NCBI RefSeq assembly: GCF_006345805.1
Contig: NC_043005.1
Coordinates: forward strand, 12,338,001 to 12,402,000
Direction of reading: 5' to 3'
DNA from: Octopus sinensis
Taxonomy: Eukaryota
DNA length: 64,000 nucleotides
The notes below the pieces were generated by a model. It saw only the letters and a program-made list of their open reading frames with translations. It ran no database searches and was not told the origin of the DNA. The translations under genes and the position numbers were made by a program. Shown here piece after piece: positions 39,233 to 51,140 of the stretch. Every line of letters starts with the position of its first letter. Position 1 is the first letter of the stretch.

Positions 39233-39589
39233 AATATATATAATATGCGTGCTTGTTCGAGCGCATTGGAGTGTATTCAGCAGGTATTATTCTTCATATA
39301 TATTCTGCATATCAGCATTTGGAAAAAAAGCTTTCGATAACCTTTCTAATATTAAACTTTCAAATGTTATTACGCGTCCTGTATTGAATATAATAATATA
39401 TGACGCAGTTGCTAGAAATTAGAAATATAGATTCACCAAATATAATACGACTATTATTAGTTGCGTGTTATTAGCTGTCCTTTGTTAGCAATTAATTTTA
39501 CCAGATGCTAATGTGCTATACTTCACGTCTATTTTGTATTTCTTCCTCAAACGGCCAGACCATGAAAAAGGGCTGCTACTACTTCTAAT

Positions 39590-39895
39590 GAAGATGATGA
39601 GGATGTAGATGGTGGTAGTGGAGGTGATGGTGGTGTTGGTGGTGGTGGTGGTGGTGGTGGTGGTTGTGGTGATGATGGTGGTGGTGGTGGTGGTGGTAGT
39701 GGTGATGGTGGCGTTAATGATGATGATGGTGGTGGTGATAATGATGATGGTGATGATGGTGGTGGTGGTGGTGGTGGTTTTGGTGATAATCGTCATCACG
39801 ATTATGGTGGAGCTAGCCGTGGTGGAGGTGGTAGTGGCGATGATGATGATCATGATCATGATGATGGTGAGGGTGATGATGATGATGGGGAGAAT
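39590..39895. repeat. (GGT)/(GAT) trinucleotide low-complexity tract
   Basis: Direct reading of the sequence. Confidence 0.9.
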
Positions 39896-40269
39896 GAGAT
39901 AATGATTAAGATAAAGATGGCTTTTGGTTTAGGTACATGGACAATTCTGAGGGATGACAATTAGCGAATCCGATTTGCACCAGTAATTTACTGGTATTCA
40001 TTTTACGAAATCTGTAAAGATCAAAGGGAAAAATTGTCCAAGGTGGAATTTGAACGCAAATAGTATAATGAAAGATACATTGGAAAGAATTTTTCCGAGA
40101 CTTTAACGATTCTGACAAAACTCTAGGAAGGAAGCAACAGTCAAAATAAAAAGTAAAAAATAAAATGAAGACAAATTAACAAACTATGAAAAAGGTAAAA
40201 AAGAAGTGGAAGAAATGGATAGACCGAGAAGGATCACAAAACAATAAGAACAAGAAAAGAAAAGATATA

Positions 40270-40300
<31 letters not shown>

Positions 40301-40371
40301 GTAGTGGTGGTGATGATGATGACGATGATGATGATGATGATGAGGATGAGGATGAGGATGATGATGATGAC

Positions 40372-40403
<32 letters not shown>

Positions 40404-40615
40404 CGATGATGATGGTGATGGTGATGATGATGATGACGATGATGATGATGATGAAGATGATGACGATGATGACGATGATAATGATGATGATGATGATGAT
40501 GGTGGTGATGATGATGATGATGATGATGATAACGATGATGACGATGACGATGATGATGATGATGACGATGGCGATGGTGGTGCTAGTGCTGGTGGTGGTG
40601 GAGGTGGTGGTGACG
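40270..40615. repeat. (GAT/GAC)n trinucleotide tract
   Basis: Direct reading; accounts for the poly-D, poly-S and poly-M ORFs. Confidence 0.9.
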
Positions 40616-40887
40616 ATAGGGAGAAGGAGGAAGAGGTGGAGGCAGAGGTGGAAGAGGAAGGGGACGAGCTGGAAGGGGAGCAAAATCCAAATAATAATGA
40701 CAATCAGATTGAGGTTGCAGAAAAATAAACGATGATGACGTTAGCAATAATATAATACGATTCATTGTTGATGTTATCAAAACAAAGAATAAGGGAAAAA
40801 AAGAACGAGAACAGAATCTCGAAATTACCTTGGGGCATCATAAAACAATGCTATATTTTCATATATCCATATATGTGTATATATATA

Positions 40888-40956
<69 letters not shown>

Positions 40957-41132
40957 CCATGCCTATGTCTATGTGCGAGCGAATAATGTATAGGTAAGTA
41001 CGTGTTTGAAACTGGGACTAACTAGGCTACGTCGTATGAGTGAAATAATTTTAAACGGGATTAAAGACTGTAAACATTTACATATAAATATATATATATA
41101 TATATATACACATGTGTGTCTGCATATATATG

Positions 41133-41220
<88 letters not shown>

Positions 41221-41223
<3 letters not shown>

Positions 41224-41301
41224 CCTGATGAGAAGATTGCATAATGCACCCTCTATTCCTTTGGAATGAAAACATGCTGTCTTCGAAACATATGTCGAGA
41301 G
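41221..41301 (+). ncRNA. Type I hammerhead with a 43-nt stem II insertion
   Basis: TTTC-CTGATGA (41225-41231)-GAAGA...TCTTC-GAAA (41285-41288)-CATATG palindrome-TC-GAGA; directly follows (TA)n. Confidence 0.7.
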
Positions 41302-41617
41302 TAAAGGAATTTTGTTAACATCTTCGTTCGACTCCATTCTTTCATTTATTCATATATATATATATGTATATGTATATATATATGTATATATCTATGTGTA
41401 TACTGTGGTATGCACATACAAATATGTATACATGGAGAGTACCAAATATGAAATTGCACATGGTTTCACAAAGCCAGAAGATAATGGAGGCATGAATTAC
41501 ACATCCGTAAATGCATTAATACACACATATATATGCAGGTACTCACACACACACACACTTATATATATATCGTGTATGCGTACACATATATACATACGTA
41601 CACACGTATATATATAT

Positions 41618-41667
<50 letters not shown>

Positions 41668-41864
41668 AGTATATGTAGACATATATATGTATATGTGTAG
41701 ATATTACACAAACACACGCACACCCATACACACACACACGTACACATACGCACACACACACATACTTCTGAAACAGGATATATTTTGATTTTTCTGACCA
41801 TTCTTCTGGAACATAGCGTAAGAAAGGCGAGAAACATAGTCTGGATTTCTTCCACTTCTTTCCT

Positions 41865-41898
41865 CTTCTTCTTCTTCTTCTTCTTCTTCTTCTTCTTC

Positions 41899-41976
<78 letters not shown>

Positions 41977-42036
41977 TTACTATTATTATTGTTATCATCA
42001 TCATCATCATCATCCTCATCATCATTATTATTTTTA

Positions 42037-42079
<43 letters not shown>

Positions 42080-42083
42080 CATC

Positions 42084-42176
<93 letters not shown>

Positions 42177-42190
42177 GGTGTTGCTGTTGT
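41865..42190. repeat. Compound (TTC)(TTA)(TCA) microsatellite
   Basis: Direct reading of the sequence. Confidence 0.95.
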
Positions 42191-42565
42191 TCATGTTTTT
42201 GTTGTTGTTCTTGATAGTTCTGATATTGCACTCGCTTCCTTAGGTTGTTATTTATCTATCTAACTTATAGTTCTCTAACCATTTTGCAATTCTTCATTGT
42301 AATTTCCATGAACAAAAAGCTTTGTTTACAATGATTTCTTTCAGCTTTAAGAATTTTCTGCAGTTCTTTATGAATTCCTGACAGGAGAAATCACAGTGAA
42401 ATAATACATTGCTGTTGTGTGTATCTTTCTATTTTTTGTTCTTTTGTTTATTTGTCTTATTTCCTTCTTTTTCTCACACTCTTGGATATTTGTTTTTTTA
42501 GTTTAAAAAAATATATAAATGTGTATTTTTTCCCGCAGACGTATATTCATATTTTATATGATACT

Positions 42566-42955
42566 GGAATGGAATGGAAGCACTCCGTCGGTTACGACGA
42601 CGAGGGTTCCGGTTGATCCGTTCAATGGAACAGCCTGCTCGTGAAATTAACGTGTAAGTGGCTGAGCACTCCACAGACACGTGTACCCTTAACGTAGTTC
42701 TCGGGGATATTCAGCGTGACACAGAGAGTGACAAGGCCGGCCCTTTGAAATACAGGTACAACAGAAACAGGAAGTAAGAGTGAGAGAAAGTTGTGGTGAA
42801 AGAGCACAGCAGGGATCACCACCATCCCTGCCGGAGCCTCGTGGAGCTTTAGGTGCTTTTGCTCAATAAACACTCACAACACCCGGTCTGGGAATCGAAA
42901 CCGAGATCCTACGACCGCGAGTCCGCTGCCCTAACCACTGGGCCATTGCGCCTCC
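42566..42955 (-). mobile_element. Young full-length SINE
   Basis: Inverse copy of 22292-22677; (TTCCA)n tail; 11-bp TSD TATATGATACT (42555-42565, 42956-42966). Confidence 0.92.
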
Positions 42956-43082
42956 TATATGATACTAATGAGAGTTAAAACATTTAGCCAATTTATTTCT
43001 TTTCTTACTCGTACGAGTAATATTATAATATTGTTGTATATCCTATGCCCGACACCGTTCGAGCATATGTAGTGTAAAATTA

Positions 43083-45200
43083 CACTGGTCAACAGCCAAT
43101 TTTCATCAGGGGTATTATATGGTGTTTTTATTCAGTTTTGTCTGCAGATTTCAAAACTGTAATCGGTTTCTTTCTATCAGGCACAGTTTTTCTCATAAGA
43201 TAAGAGAGGATAACTCTCATCAGCAGTATCGCTACACATAAACGTCTTATACAGGTAAATTCTGACTTCTGTTTTATAATTATTTCTATTCGTTTTGTAA
43301 TTTTATGTTTTCATAATCTTTTCTTTTCATAAATTTTACTTTCTGTTTAAGGCGCCAAGTCGTCATCATCATCAAATTCTACTCAGGATGTCAAGGCATT
43401 GTAAGAACAGTCCTGATATATTTTGTCATGTCTGTGGTTCATTTACCACCAAAGCTCAGCAACATGCCATCACAAGTGAAATCAAGAATATCTAAAAGTT
43501 ATAATTTTGTTGCTCTCTCGGGGATCAAGATACGAGTTGGGCCCCGCACATCATCTGCTCAGCTTGTTCAAATGGACTAAGCGATTGGCTAAATAAGAGG
43601 AAGAGAGCAATGCCGTTTGCAATACCTATGTTATGGAGAGAGCCAAAGGATCATTTCAGGGACTGTTATTTCTGCAACGTCAATGTATATGAGCTTACTG
43701 TAAAGAGCAAGCATAAGATTGCGTATCCCAGCTTGGAATCAGCAAGAAGACCAGTACCACACTACGATGATGATCTTCCTATTCCAATACCACCAGAAAA
43801 TGCCCTTCAGATTCTGACGAAGATGTATTTCCTGAACAAGATACTAATGCTGTGGAAAACACCGAAGTGGATGCAGATTTCACGATTGAAAATGAAGACG
43901 TACCACAGAAATTTTCTCAAGGAGAGTTAAATGATTTAGTTAGAGACTTGTCATTGTCGAAGGATAAAGCTGAACTACAAGAAAAGTGTCTACTAAAGAA
44001 AGATATTTGTATTACTCATTTCAGGAAGATAAATAGTGATCTGACTTCATGCTTCTCTGTTGATGGATCACTTTGTTTCAGTAATAACACTGATGAGTTA
44101 TTTCGCTGTTTGTTCCAAGAGCATGTTCCAGCTGAATGTCGCTTATTCATTGATTCATCTAAGAGAAGCTTCAAGGCAGTACTACTACACAACGGCAACA
44201 AAAACACCACCCATTCTCACAAGACATTCAGTGCACATGAAGGAGTGTTATGAAAACATGCAAGTACTCCTCAGTGCCATAAAGTATACAAACTACATGT
44301 GGAGACTTGAAGTTGATTGGAATGTTGATGAGAATGCAATCTGGGTTCATGAAATATTGTTGTTTTTATACCTATGGGAGAGTCGTGCAAATAACAGGCA
44401 CTATATGCAGTCAAAGGGGCCTTTGCGAAAATCATATGATCCGGGAGTTTCTAGCGCCACTTTTTAAACCAGAAATGTTCTTCTTCCCCATCTTCACAAA
44501 AAGCTTGGCCTCATGAAACTATTCGTGAAAACACTTGCCAGGAAAGGCTGAAATGATTTTGAGTATGTGAAGGCCCAAATTTCCAAAAATCGCCGAGGCA
44601 AAACTAAAGGAGAGCGTATTTATAGGTCAGCTGATAAAAGAACTCCTGAAGGACAACCACTTCTTCACAGTACTGGATGAGATTGAGCTCAAAGCCTGGT
44701 AATCCTTCAAATGGCTCTGTGAAAATTTTCTAGGCAACAAGAGATCTCTAGAGTTTATGCTGCAATGGGCTGTCAGATGTCACTAAAATTCCATTTCCTT
44801 CATTCACATCTGGACTTTTTTGCAGAGAACCTTGGATCAGTGCCTGATGAGCAAGGGGAACGCTTTCATCAAGATATTGCATCGATGGAACAACGATATC
44901 AGAGATTTTGGAATGCAGGAATGTTAACTGACTACTGTTGGATGTTATACATGGATGAACCTAAGACAAAACACTTTAGAAAGTCCAAATTCCAAAGATT
45001 TTATGTTGTTATGCATTTGAGTGTATTTTAACTTATTTGTATACAATGATTTAAATTTTCTACAACAAAAAATCATGAAATTATCGCATCTTGTATTCAG
45101 TATACTTTATATAGACATGCTTTACGTATCCTTATAAGTTAAAACAGCAGGTATCATTAACATGAAAATGTGACCTGATAGGGGAAATCGGACTTCTCTA
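43083..45200 (+). mobile_element. Decayed Chapaev-like (Chapaev3/CMC) DNA transposon
   Basis: 5' end CACTGGTCAACAG. Transposase relic from ATG 43388: FCHVCG...WAPHIICSAC...WREPKDHFRDCYFC, SFKAVLLHNG, LGLMKLFVK, MSLKFHFLHSHLDFF..NLG..DEQGERFHQDI...DYCW. Superfamily assigned from recalled motifs. Confidence 0.65.
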
Positions 45201-46079
45201 AAAAGTTGACTTCTCTAGAAGTTGAATTCACTAAAAGTTGATTTCACGCCATATTACATGACAATTCATAGCATCACGCCAGATTTTCTGCCCATATTGT
45301 CCAACCTTTGTTATCCAAGAGAAACCTCCCCTGCTGTCTCTGTTGCCATGTTTTAATTTTTTATTTGAATTAAGAATTTGTGCACAAGTTATTTGCGACT
45401 CATCGTAAATTAGCACTCCAGGCGATCGCTTATTTTGCTTAGAGAGTATCACCGGTCATTAGTGAGCTTAGCAATCGTGTTAGTGATGAGGAAATCGAAA
45501 CTTAAAAATTGGAACACACAAGCAGAAACCATACGTGAAGAGAATATCATTTAATCAACGGTGGTAAATATCGACAAATAAAAGTCGTTAATGTTGTTGA
45601 AGGTAGCTATGATCGAACATACTGATAAACAAAGACCATTCCAACCGTTACCGTCTTACCTGTTTTCCTCCTGAAAATATACATCGAAAGCGTCATCATA
45701 TATACGGCAATGCATATATGTTCATTATTTCTTATATATCCATCATTAATTATTTCATTCGATTTTAAAGAAGGCTGAATATGATTAGGAAAGATTTTTC
45801 TGATGTTTATAACACTTCTGTCGACCACAAAGTTTGTTAGTCGTCGCCAATAAATTGGGAATAAAAATTATTTACCGAAAAATTGTCCTTTATTTCATTT
45901 TGTTTTCTGCTTTTGCTTTTTTTTGCTTTTTTTGTAGGGAAAAATCATTTTTTTAATTTGTTCTTTTTGGCAATTCTCTAAGAGATAATAAGATTTGTTA
46001 TATCGCCATGAAGCTATTGTCAATTGAAGTTTACTATCCAGTGTACACAACATAATGTTGAACACAGAACTATTTTACT

Positions 46080-46680
46080 GATGAGGAGGAGGAGGACGAG
46101 GAGGGGAAAGGAGGAGGGGAGAATGATAAGGAGGAAAGGTAGGTGGAAGAAGTAGTGGTAGAGATGGAGGAAGAGCTGGCGAAAGAAGGGGAGGAAGAGA
46201 GGGAGGAGAAGGAGAAAGATGGGAGGAAAAGGTGGAAGAGGTGGAGAAGAAGGAGGAAGAGGTGGTGAAAGAAGCGGAGTAATAGGAGGAGGAGGTAGTG
46301 AAAGATGCGGAGGAAGCGAAGACGGAGAAAGGGGAGGAGAAGGAGGAAGGGGAAGAAAAAGAGGAAAGGGAGAAGGAGAAAAAGGAGGAGGGGAGGAAGA
46401 GGAGGAGGAAGAGGAAGAGGAAGGGGAAATGAGGAAGAGGAGTAGGAGTAGGAAGGGGAATACGGTAGGAGGATGAGGAGGGCAGGAGCAAGAGGAGGGA
46501 TAGGAGCAGAGCAAGAGGAAGTAAAGGAAGAGGAAGAAAAGAAGGAGGGAGTGGAAAGTAGGAAGAGGAGAGGAAGAGGGGAGGAGGAGGGAAGTGGAAG
46601 AGGAGCAAGAGGAGCAAGACAAAGAAAAGGAGGAGGAGGGGAGAAGAGGAGGAGGAGGGGAGAAGAGGAGGAGGAGGAAC
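46080..46680. repeat. Purine-rich (GGA/GAA) low-complexity tract
   Basis: Direct reading of the sequence. Confidence 0.9.
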
Positions 46681-46689
46681 ATGCGCCCA

Positions 46690-48100
46690 TCTCAGTGAGA
46701 AACGTCTGACAGTACTTGTGTGTCTGTTCCATTCTATTCGGTAGCGCTTATTGGAATCACTACAACACTGAGTATTGCATCAACATATCTATACTAGTCC
46801 AAACCAAATCAATGATTTCGTCCCAAAGTTTCTCGGAGAGCATCGTTGCTTTCTTTCCATTATAGTTTATTATATACATTAATTACTACAGTGAAACATC
46901 CTCCGGTCATGTTACCCGAACGGTAGAAAGTAGTTACCACTTTCAGACAACCCAAACTTATTATGTTCTTGATCCAGGAGGAGGAGGGCAGTATCTCCGT
47001 CAAGAATATGAGTTACTGAAAGACGTGCCTTAGAAATGGGATCATCATCAGCTCATTTTCCAAGAATTTCTGTAGAGGAGGAGGAGGAGAAAAGGGGATG
47101 AGGAGAAAGAAGAGGAGGATGGGGGAGAAGAAGAGGAGGAGGAAGAGGTGGAGGAAGAATAGGAAGAAGAAGAAGATGAGTAGGAAGTAGAAGAGGAAGG
47201 AGAAGAATAGGAGGAGGGGAGGAGGAGAAAAAGAGGAGGGGAGGAGAGAGAAAGAAGAAGGGGAGGAGGAGGAGGGAAGAGAAAGAAGAAGAAGTGGAAG
47301 GAGAAGAAGAAGAATAAGAGGAGGAGGAGGAGGAGGAGGAGGGGAAGGGGGAGGGGCAGGGGGAGAAAAAAGAGGAGGATGGGGAGAAAGAAGAAGAGGT
47401 GGAGGAAGAGGTGGAGGAAGAGGTGGAGGAAGAATAGGAAGAAGAAGAAGAGGAGGAAAAAGAGTAGGAAGAAGAAGAGGAAGGAGAAGAATAGAGGAGG
47501 GGGAGGAGGAGGAGGAGGACAGCAGCTCTGTCAAGAATATGAGTTGCTAAAAGACGTGCCTTAGAAATGGAATCATCATCAGCTCATTTTCTAGGAATTT
47601 CTGTAGAGTGCGCCGCCTCAGCTCCTGCCTGGAAATCAACAACGAATCCATGATGAGCCCGACTTGCATATGGCGTTGGCAGGAGATGGAACACATGGAG
47701 ATTTAAAGTCTTTCCATCTAAAAATTCCGGCGGGAACACCAAGAAGAGCAGACGTTCTAATCTGAACACTAGGAAATTGAGATAAGACACAACGATCAAG
47801 AGGTACATTATGCTTAATCTGTTTGGACATCATCCTCCAGATTCGTTTCAGTGTGTATTTAGCCATTGTGTCCGGAACTTTTTCTCCGTTCAGATTTACT
47901 TCGCGGTCCAGACCGTTCCAAGCACTGGGCATTTTAACCGTTCCAGTGCACCTCGACGTTGTCCTACAGCATGGAAATCTCTCTGCTAAGACAGAGCTGC
48001 ATTGTCATCAACTTTTCCAGATTTATATTTTCTCTTTCCACACCATCGTATTTCTTTAGCGTGGTATCAACCAATTTGCATCCATAATGTTCAAAAGAAA
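46690..48100 (-). pseudogene. Unidentified decayed intronless coding-like sequence interrupted by purine tracts
   Basis: Raised GC and protein-like frames joined by frameshifts and stops (MPSAWNGLDREVNL...KRIWRMMSKQIKHN..., QELRRRTLQKFLENE..., KATMLSEKLWDEIIDLVW); no family recognised. Confidence 0.35.
47078..47520. repeat. Purine-rich (GGA/GAA) low-complexity tract
   Basis: Direct reading; flanked by a ~90-bp direct duplication. Confidence 0.9.
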
Positions 48101-48176
48101 TACGGTATGCTTTTTAACAGGATGCTTCTCTTTTTGTACGCATTCAATATAAATTTATTTATTTATTAATATAGAT

Positions 48177-48520
48177 TTATTTATTTATACGCAGGGCTAA
48201 ACACAGAGAGGACAAAATACAAAGTAGAGCTTTTCTTTTTGAGTATAAGAGAAGGGAAAAATTGGGTCGAATTCCGATCAAAAAAGGATTGTGAAAAAGA
48301 AAGCGGGGAGGATCAACAGGGATCGTATTGAATATAAAGCACATACATACATACAAGCAAGAGGAGGGTAAAATAGCACGTACCAACCAAATGCGTCATA
48401 CAAAACTGTCCTGAGGCTGGACACTCAACCTGGCCACTGAATAAATGCCACTTTTAGAAGCTGCGATCCAGTCTTTTAAAAGCAACTCGAATTACCTGAA
48501 ACCAGCCGCTTTTGTGTAAC
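48177..48520 (-). mobile_element. Probable LINE 3' end (possibly L1/Tx1-like)
   Basis: Ends TTGTCCTCTCTGTGTTTAGCCCTGCGT(ATAA)n on the minus strand; weak coding remnant VIRVAFKRLDRSF. Confidence 0.35.
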
Positions 48521-49762
48521 AATATTTTAGATCCAAGTAGATCAACGTTTCACAAGGACTATGCTTATTTTTCAATATTTTCAGTAGGAAGCTATACTAA
48601 ATACGTCTGTTGGGAATTGAGCACATTTACACTTCTAATATCGATGTTCATCTATCTAAATTGTAATTTCTACATTCACTCGAGTTACGGGATGGAAAAT
48701 ATTTCCACTTTTCGCAACTCGACATAAGTGAGTACTTACCCATTATGCTGCTAAGAAATCGTCCAAAAAGTTTTGTCTGCCTGTTTTGTCCTTATCTAAA
48801 TGTACATTCCTCGATTAAACATTTTCATGTTGACCTAATTGCCATTCTCCTCCTTCTGGAAGAAAATTCACGGGCATTCAGTCTACCTTCCACCGAATAT
48901 TGTTGATATGAAGGGCTTTCATCGACTTCTCTCCTCAAGTTGATTACACGAGACTAGTAGAGTATACCTTCCTTCGTTGCCGGAATCCATATCATGACAG
49001 CACTGTTAAATATGAATTTATAAGATCTGCCGTATTCAATCAACAAATTTGATTTCAGGCCCCCTGAATTGATGCTCATGTTAATAAATATCTATTATAA
49101 ATAACATCGGCACGAACACAAGACAATACCACACACATATGCACACGCACACACACACGCGTGCTTGCACACACACACGCGTGCTCGCACACACATACAC
49201 ACACATCACAAAATGACACTATATATAATTTCTAGTATTACTAATGGTGATTTACTTTTTAATACAATCGAGATGTATTACTTAATAACAGCTCCCAATT
49301 TCTCTTTAAAAGAAATCCCACTCCACTATACACGAAGTATTATTGTTCATACGATTACTAAAAGTGAGGGAATCTCCATTCATCTATTAATGCGAAATCA
49401 CTACATCAATCTTTATTTTCGAGCGAATGGTATCTCTGTCTAACGTTCCTCAGTGATTATGATAATAATATTTTCATATCTGATGTCGCCTGTAATTTCC
49501 GAACTCAGATTCAATAATTATTAGTCATAAGAATTATTGATTAGATTAGGATTCCAACTACATTAAGTATTGTGGCACTGACTTGACTGCTAATAGAAGG
49601 GTGACAGAATATTAATTCTCTGAGACAACAACACCTGGTTACCATTAGAATATATAGCTCAAGCTGGATATTCAACTTTAACTAGACAAGTATGCGAATG
49701 TAAAAGAAATAGGTTTTCACTTACTGAGCTTACCCTGGAGACAGGAAATTGAGACATGCATA

Positions 49763-49809
<47 letters not shown>

Positions 49810-49810
<1 letters not shown>

Positions 49811-50157
49811 GGCTGATGACAACGTGTCTCTAAAAGAAATGGAGAAATTCTCAAAATACAAAGACCTGGAAATAGAGGTAACTAGAATGTGGAATCTGAA
49901 AACAGAAACAATTCCTATCATAGTAGGTGCATTAGGCATGATCAAAAAATATTCAGACAAATACATAACAAAAACGCCAGGACTTACAAACACATATAAC
50001 ATACAGAAAATTGCACTACTAGGCACTGCACACATCCTACGCAGAACACTTTCCATACAATAACCATCAGAGCATCACAACAAATCACAGCACATACCCA
50101 AGGCACACAGAGCTGTGCTCGGTAGTGAAGTGAAAGCACGCTATAAAAATAAAACTA

Positions 50158-50160
<3 letters not shown>
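49810..50160 (+). mobile_element. RLE-type LINE 3' end with 3' UTR (family A), inside (AAT)n
   Basis: ADDNVSLKEMEKFSKYKDLEIEVTRMWNLKTETIPIIVGALG...LLGTAHILRRTLSIQ*, then UTR and (AAT)n tail. Confidence 0.9.
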
Positions 50161-50230
<70 letters not shown>

Positions 50231-50781
50231 TGCCCTGATGCAGTACCAGGCAGTGGCTCTCATGGCTTCTGATCTTAACTGACTGGAAGTGTTATCATGT
50301 ACATTGTTTTGTCTTGGTATAAAAGATGGGCTACAGCAAATATTCTGCTCAATACCACAGATTTGCTTGTCAGTTGTTTGACCTTAACCAGTTGAGCATG
50401 TCCCCTAGTGGCTGACGATATGTGCATCTCTGATCACACGAAGTAGTGGGGGAGCATCATAGCCATGTGTTGAGAGGGATTCTTTGGGGTTTGAATAATT
50501 CACCTCTGGAAACATGGGTGGTTCGTTCTACATCCTTAAACAATCCTTATTCAGGGACCTTTTGAGCGGGATGGGTTACTCAACCTAAAGCAAATTCTAA
50601 CTGGGCCCCACCTGCAAGGTCATGTGCTTTTATCTTGATATGAGATCACCATGTCGCGCACATATGATTGTGATGCATGTGCCTGGTGTACCCTTATCAG
50701 ACGGGTAGTCATGATGGGTATATTGGGCTTCGTATATTTTACCCCAGTGTCACTTTGATGGCATGAACTGCTCTCTCACTC
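50231..50781 (+). mobile_element. ~550-bp (TAA)n-associated element, copy 4
   Basis: Reverse complement of 1923-2477; flanked by (AAT)n on both sides. Confidence 0.9.
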
Positions 50782-50816
<35 letters not shown>

Positions 50817-50860
50817 TAATAATAATAATAATAATAATGATAATAATAATAATAATAATG

Positions 50861-50894
<34 letters not shown>

Positions 50895-50910
50895 TAATAA
50901 TAATAATAAT

Positions 50911-51140
50911 GAAATGATTGTATACAGTGCTGAGGTGCACTAAAACTTGTTAAAAGTGCGTATAAAGCATATGCAGCAATGTAGAAATATCTGGAAAGTG
51001 AAAGTGTATGAGTCAGATACATGCTTGCGTGTGTATGGAAGGGAGAGAATCAGGTGTAGTGTTGGCGAATCTCAGGAGGCATGGAAGCTTTGAAGGAGGC
51101 AGTACTCCGACAACTAACAACTGATGCCAGCAGTTTGTTC
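50911..51140 (-). mobile_element. CR1/L2-like LINE 3' end with (ATT)n tail
   Basis: Minus strand NKLLASVVSCRSTASFK resembles the W-N-x-L-P...V...S...FK terminus of CR1/L2 ORF2. Confidence 0.55.

Noticed and set aside
40186-40728. 180-aa acidic poly-Asp ORF
   Set aside because: Built from a (GAT/GAC)n microsatellite that is open in most frames; no splice or domain support.
45484-45512. GTGATGA-GGAAATC-GAAA-CTTAAA hammerhead-like string
   Set aside because: Wrong first core base, no UH triplet and no stem I.
48650-48960. Possible CR1/L2 LINE 3' fragment
   Set aside because: Only a faint resemblance to the ORF2 terminus across frameshifts; too weak to call.
50405-50520. CTGACGA and GAAA inside the 550-bp element
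   Set aside because: No stem II closing next to both motifs and no UH/stem I arrangement.
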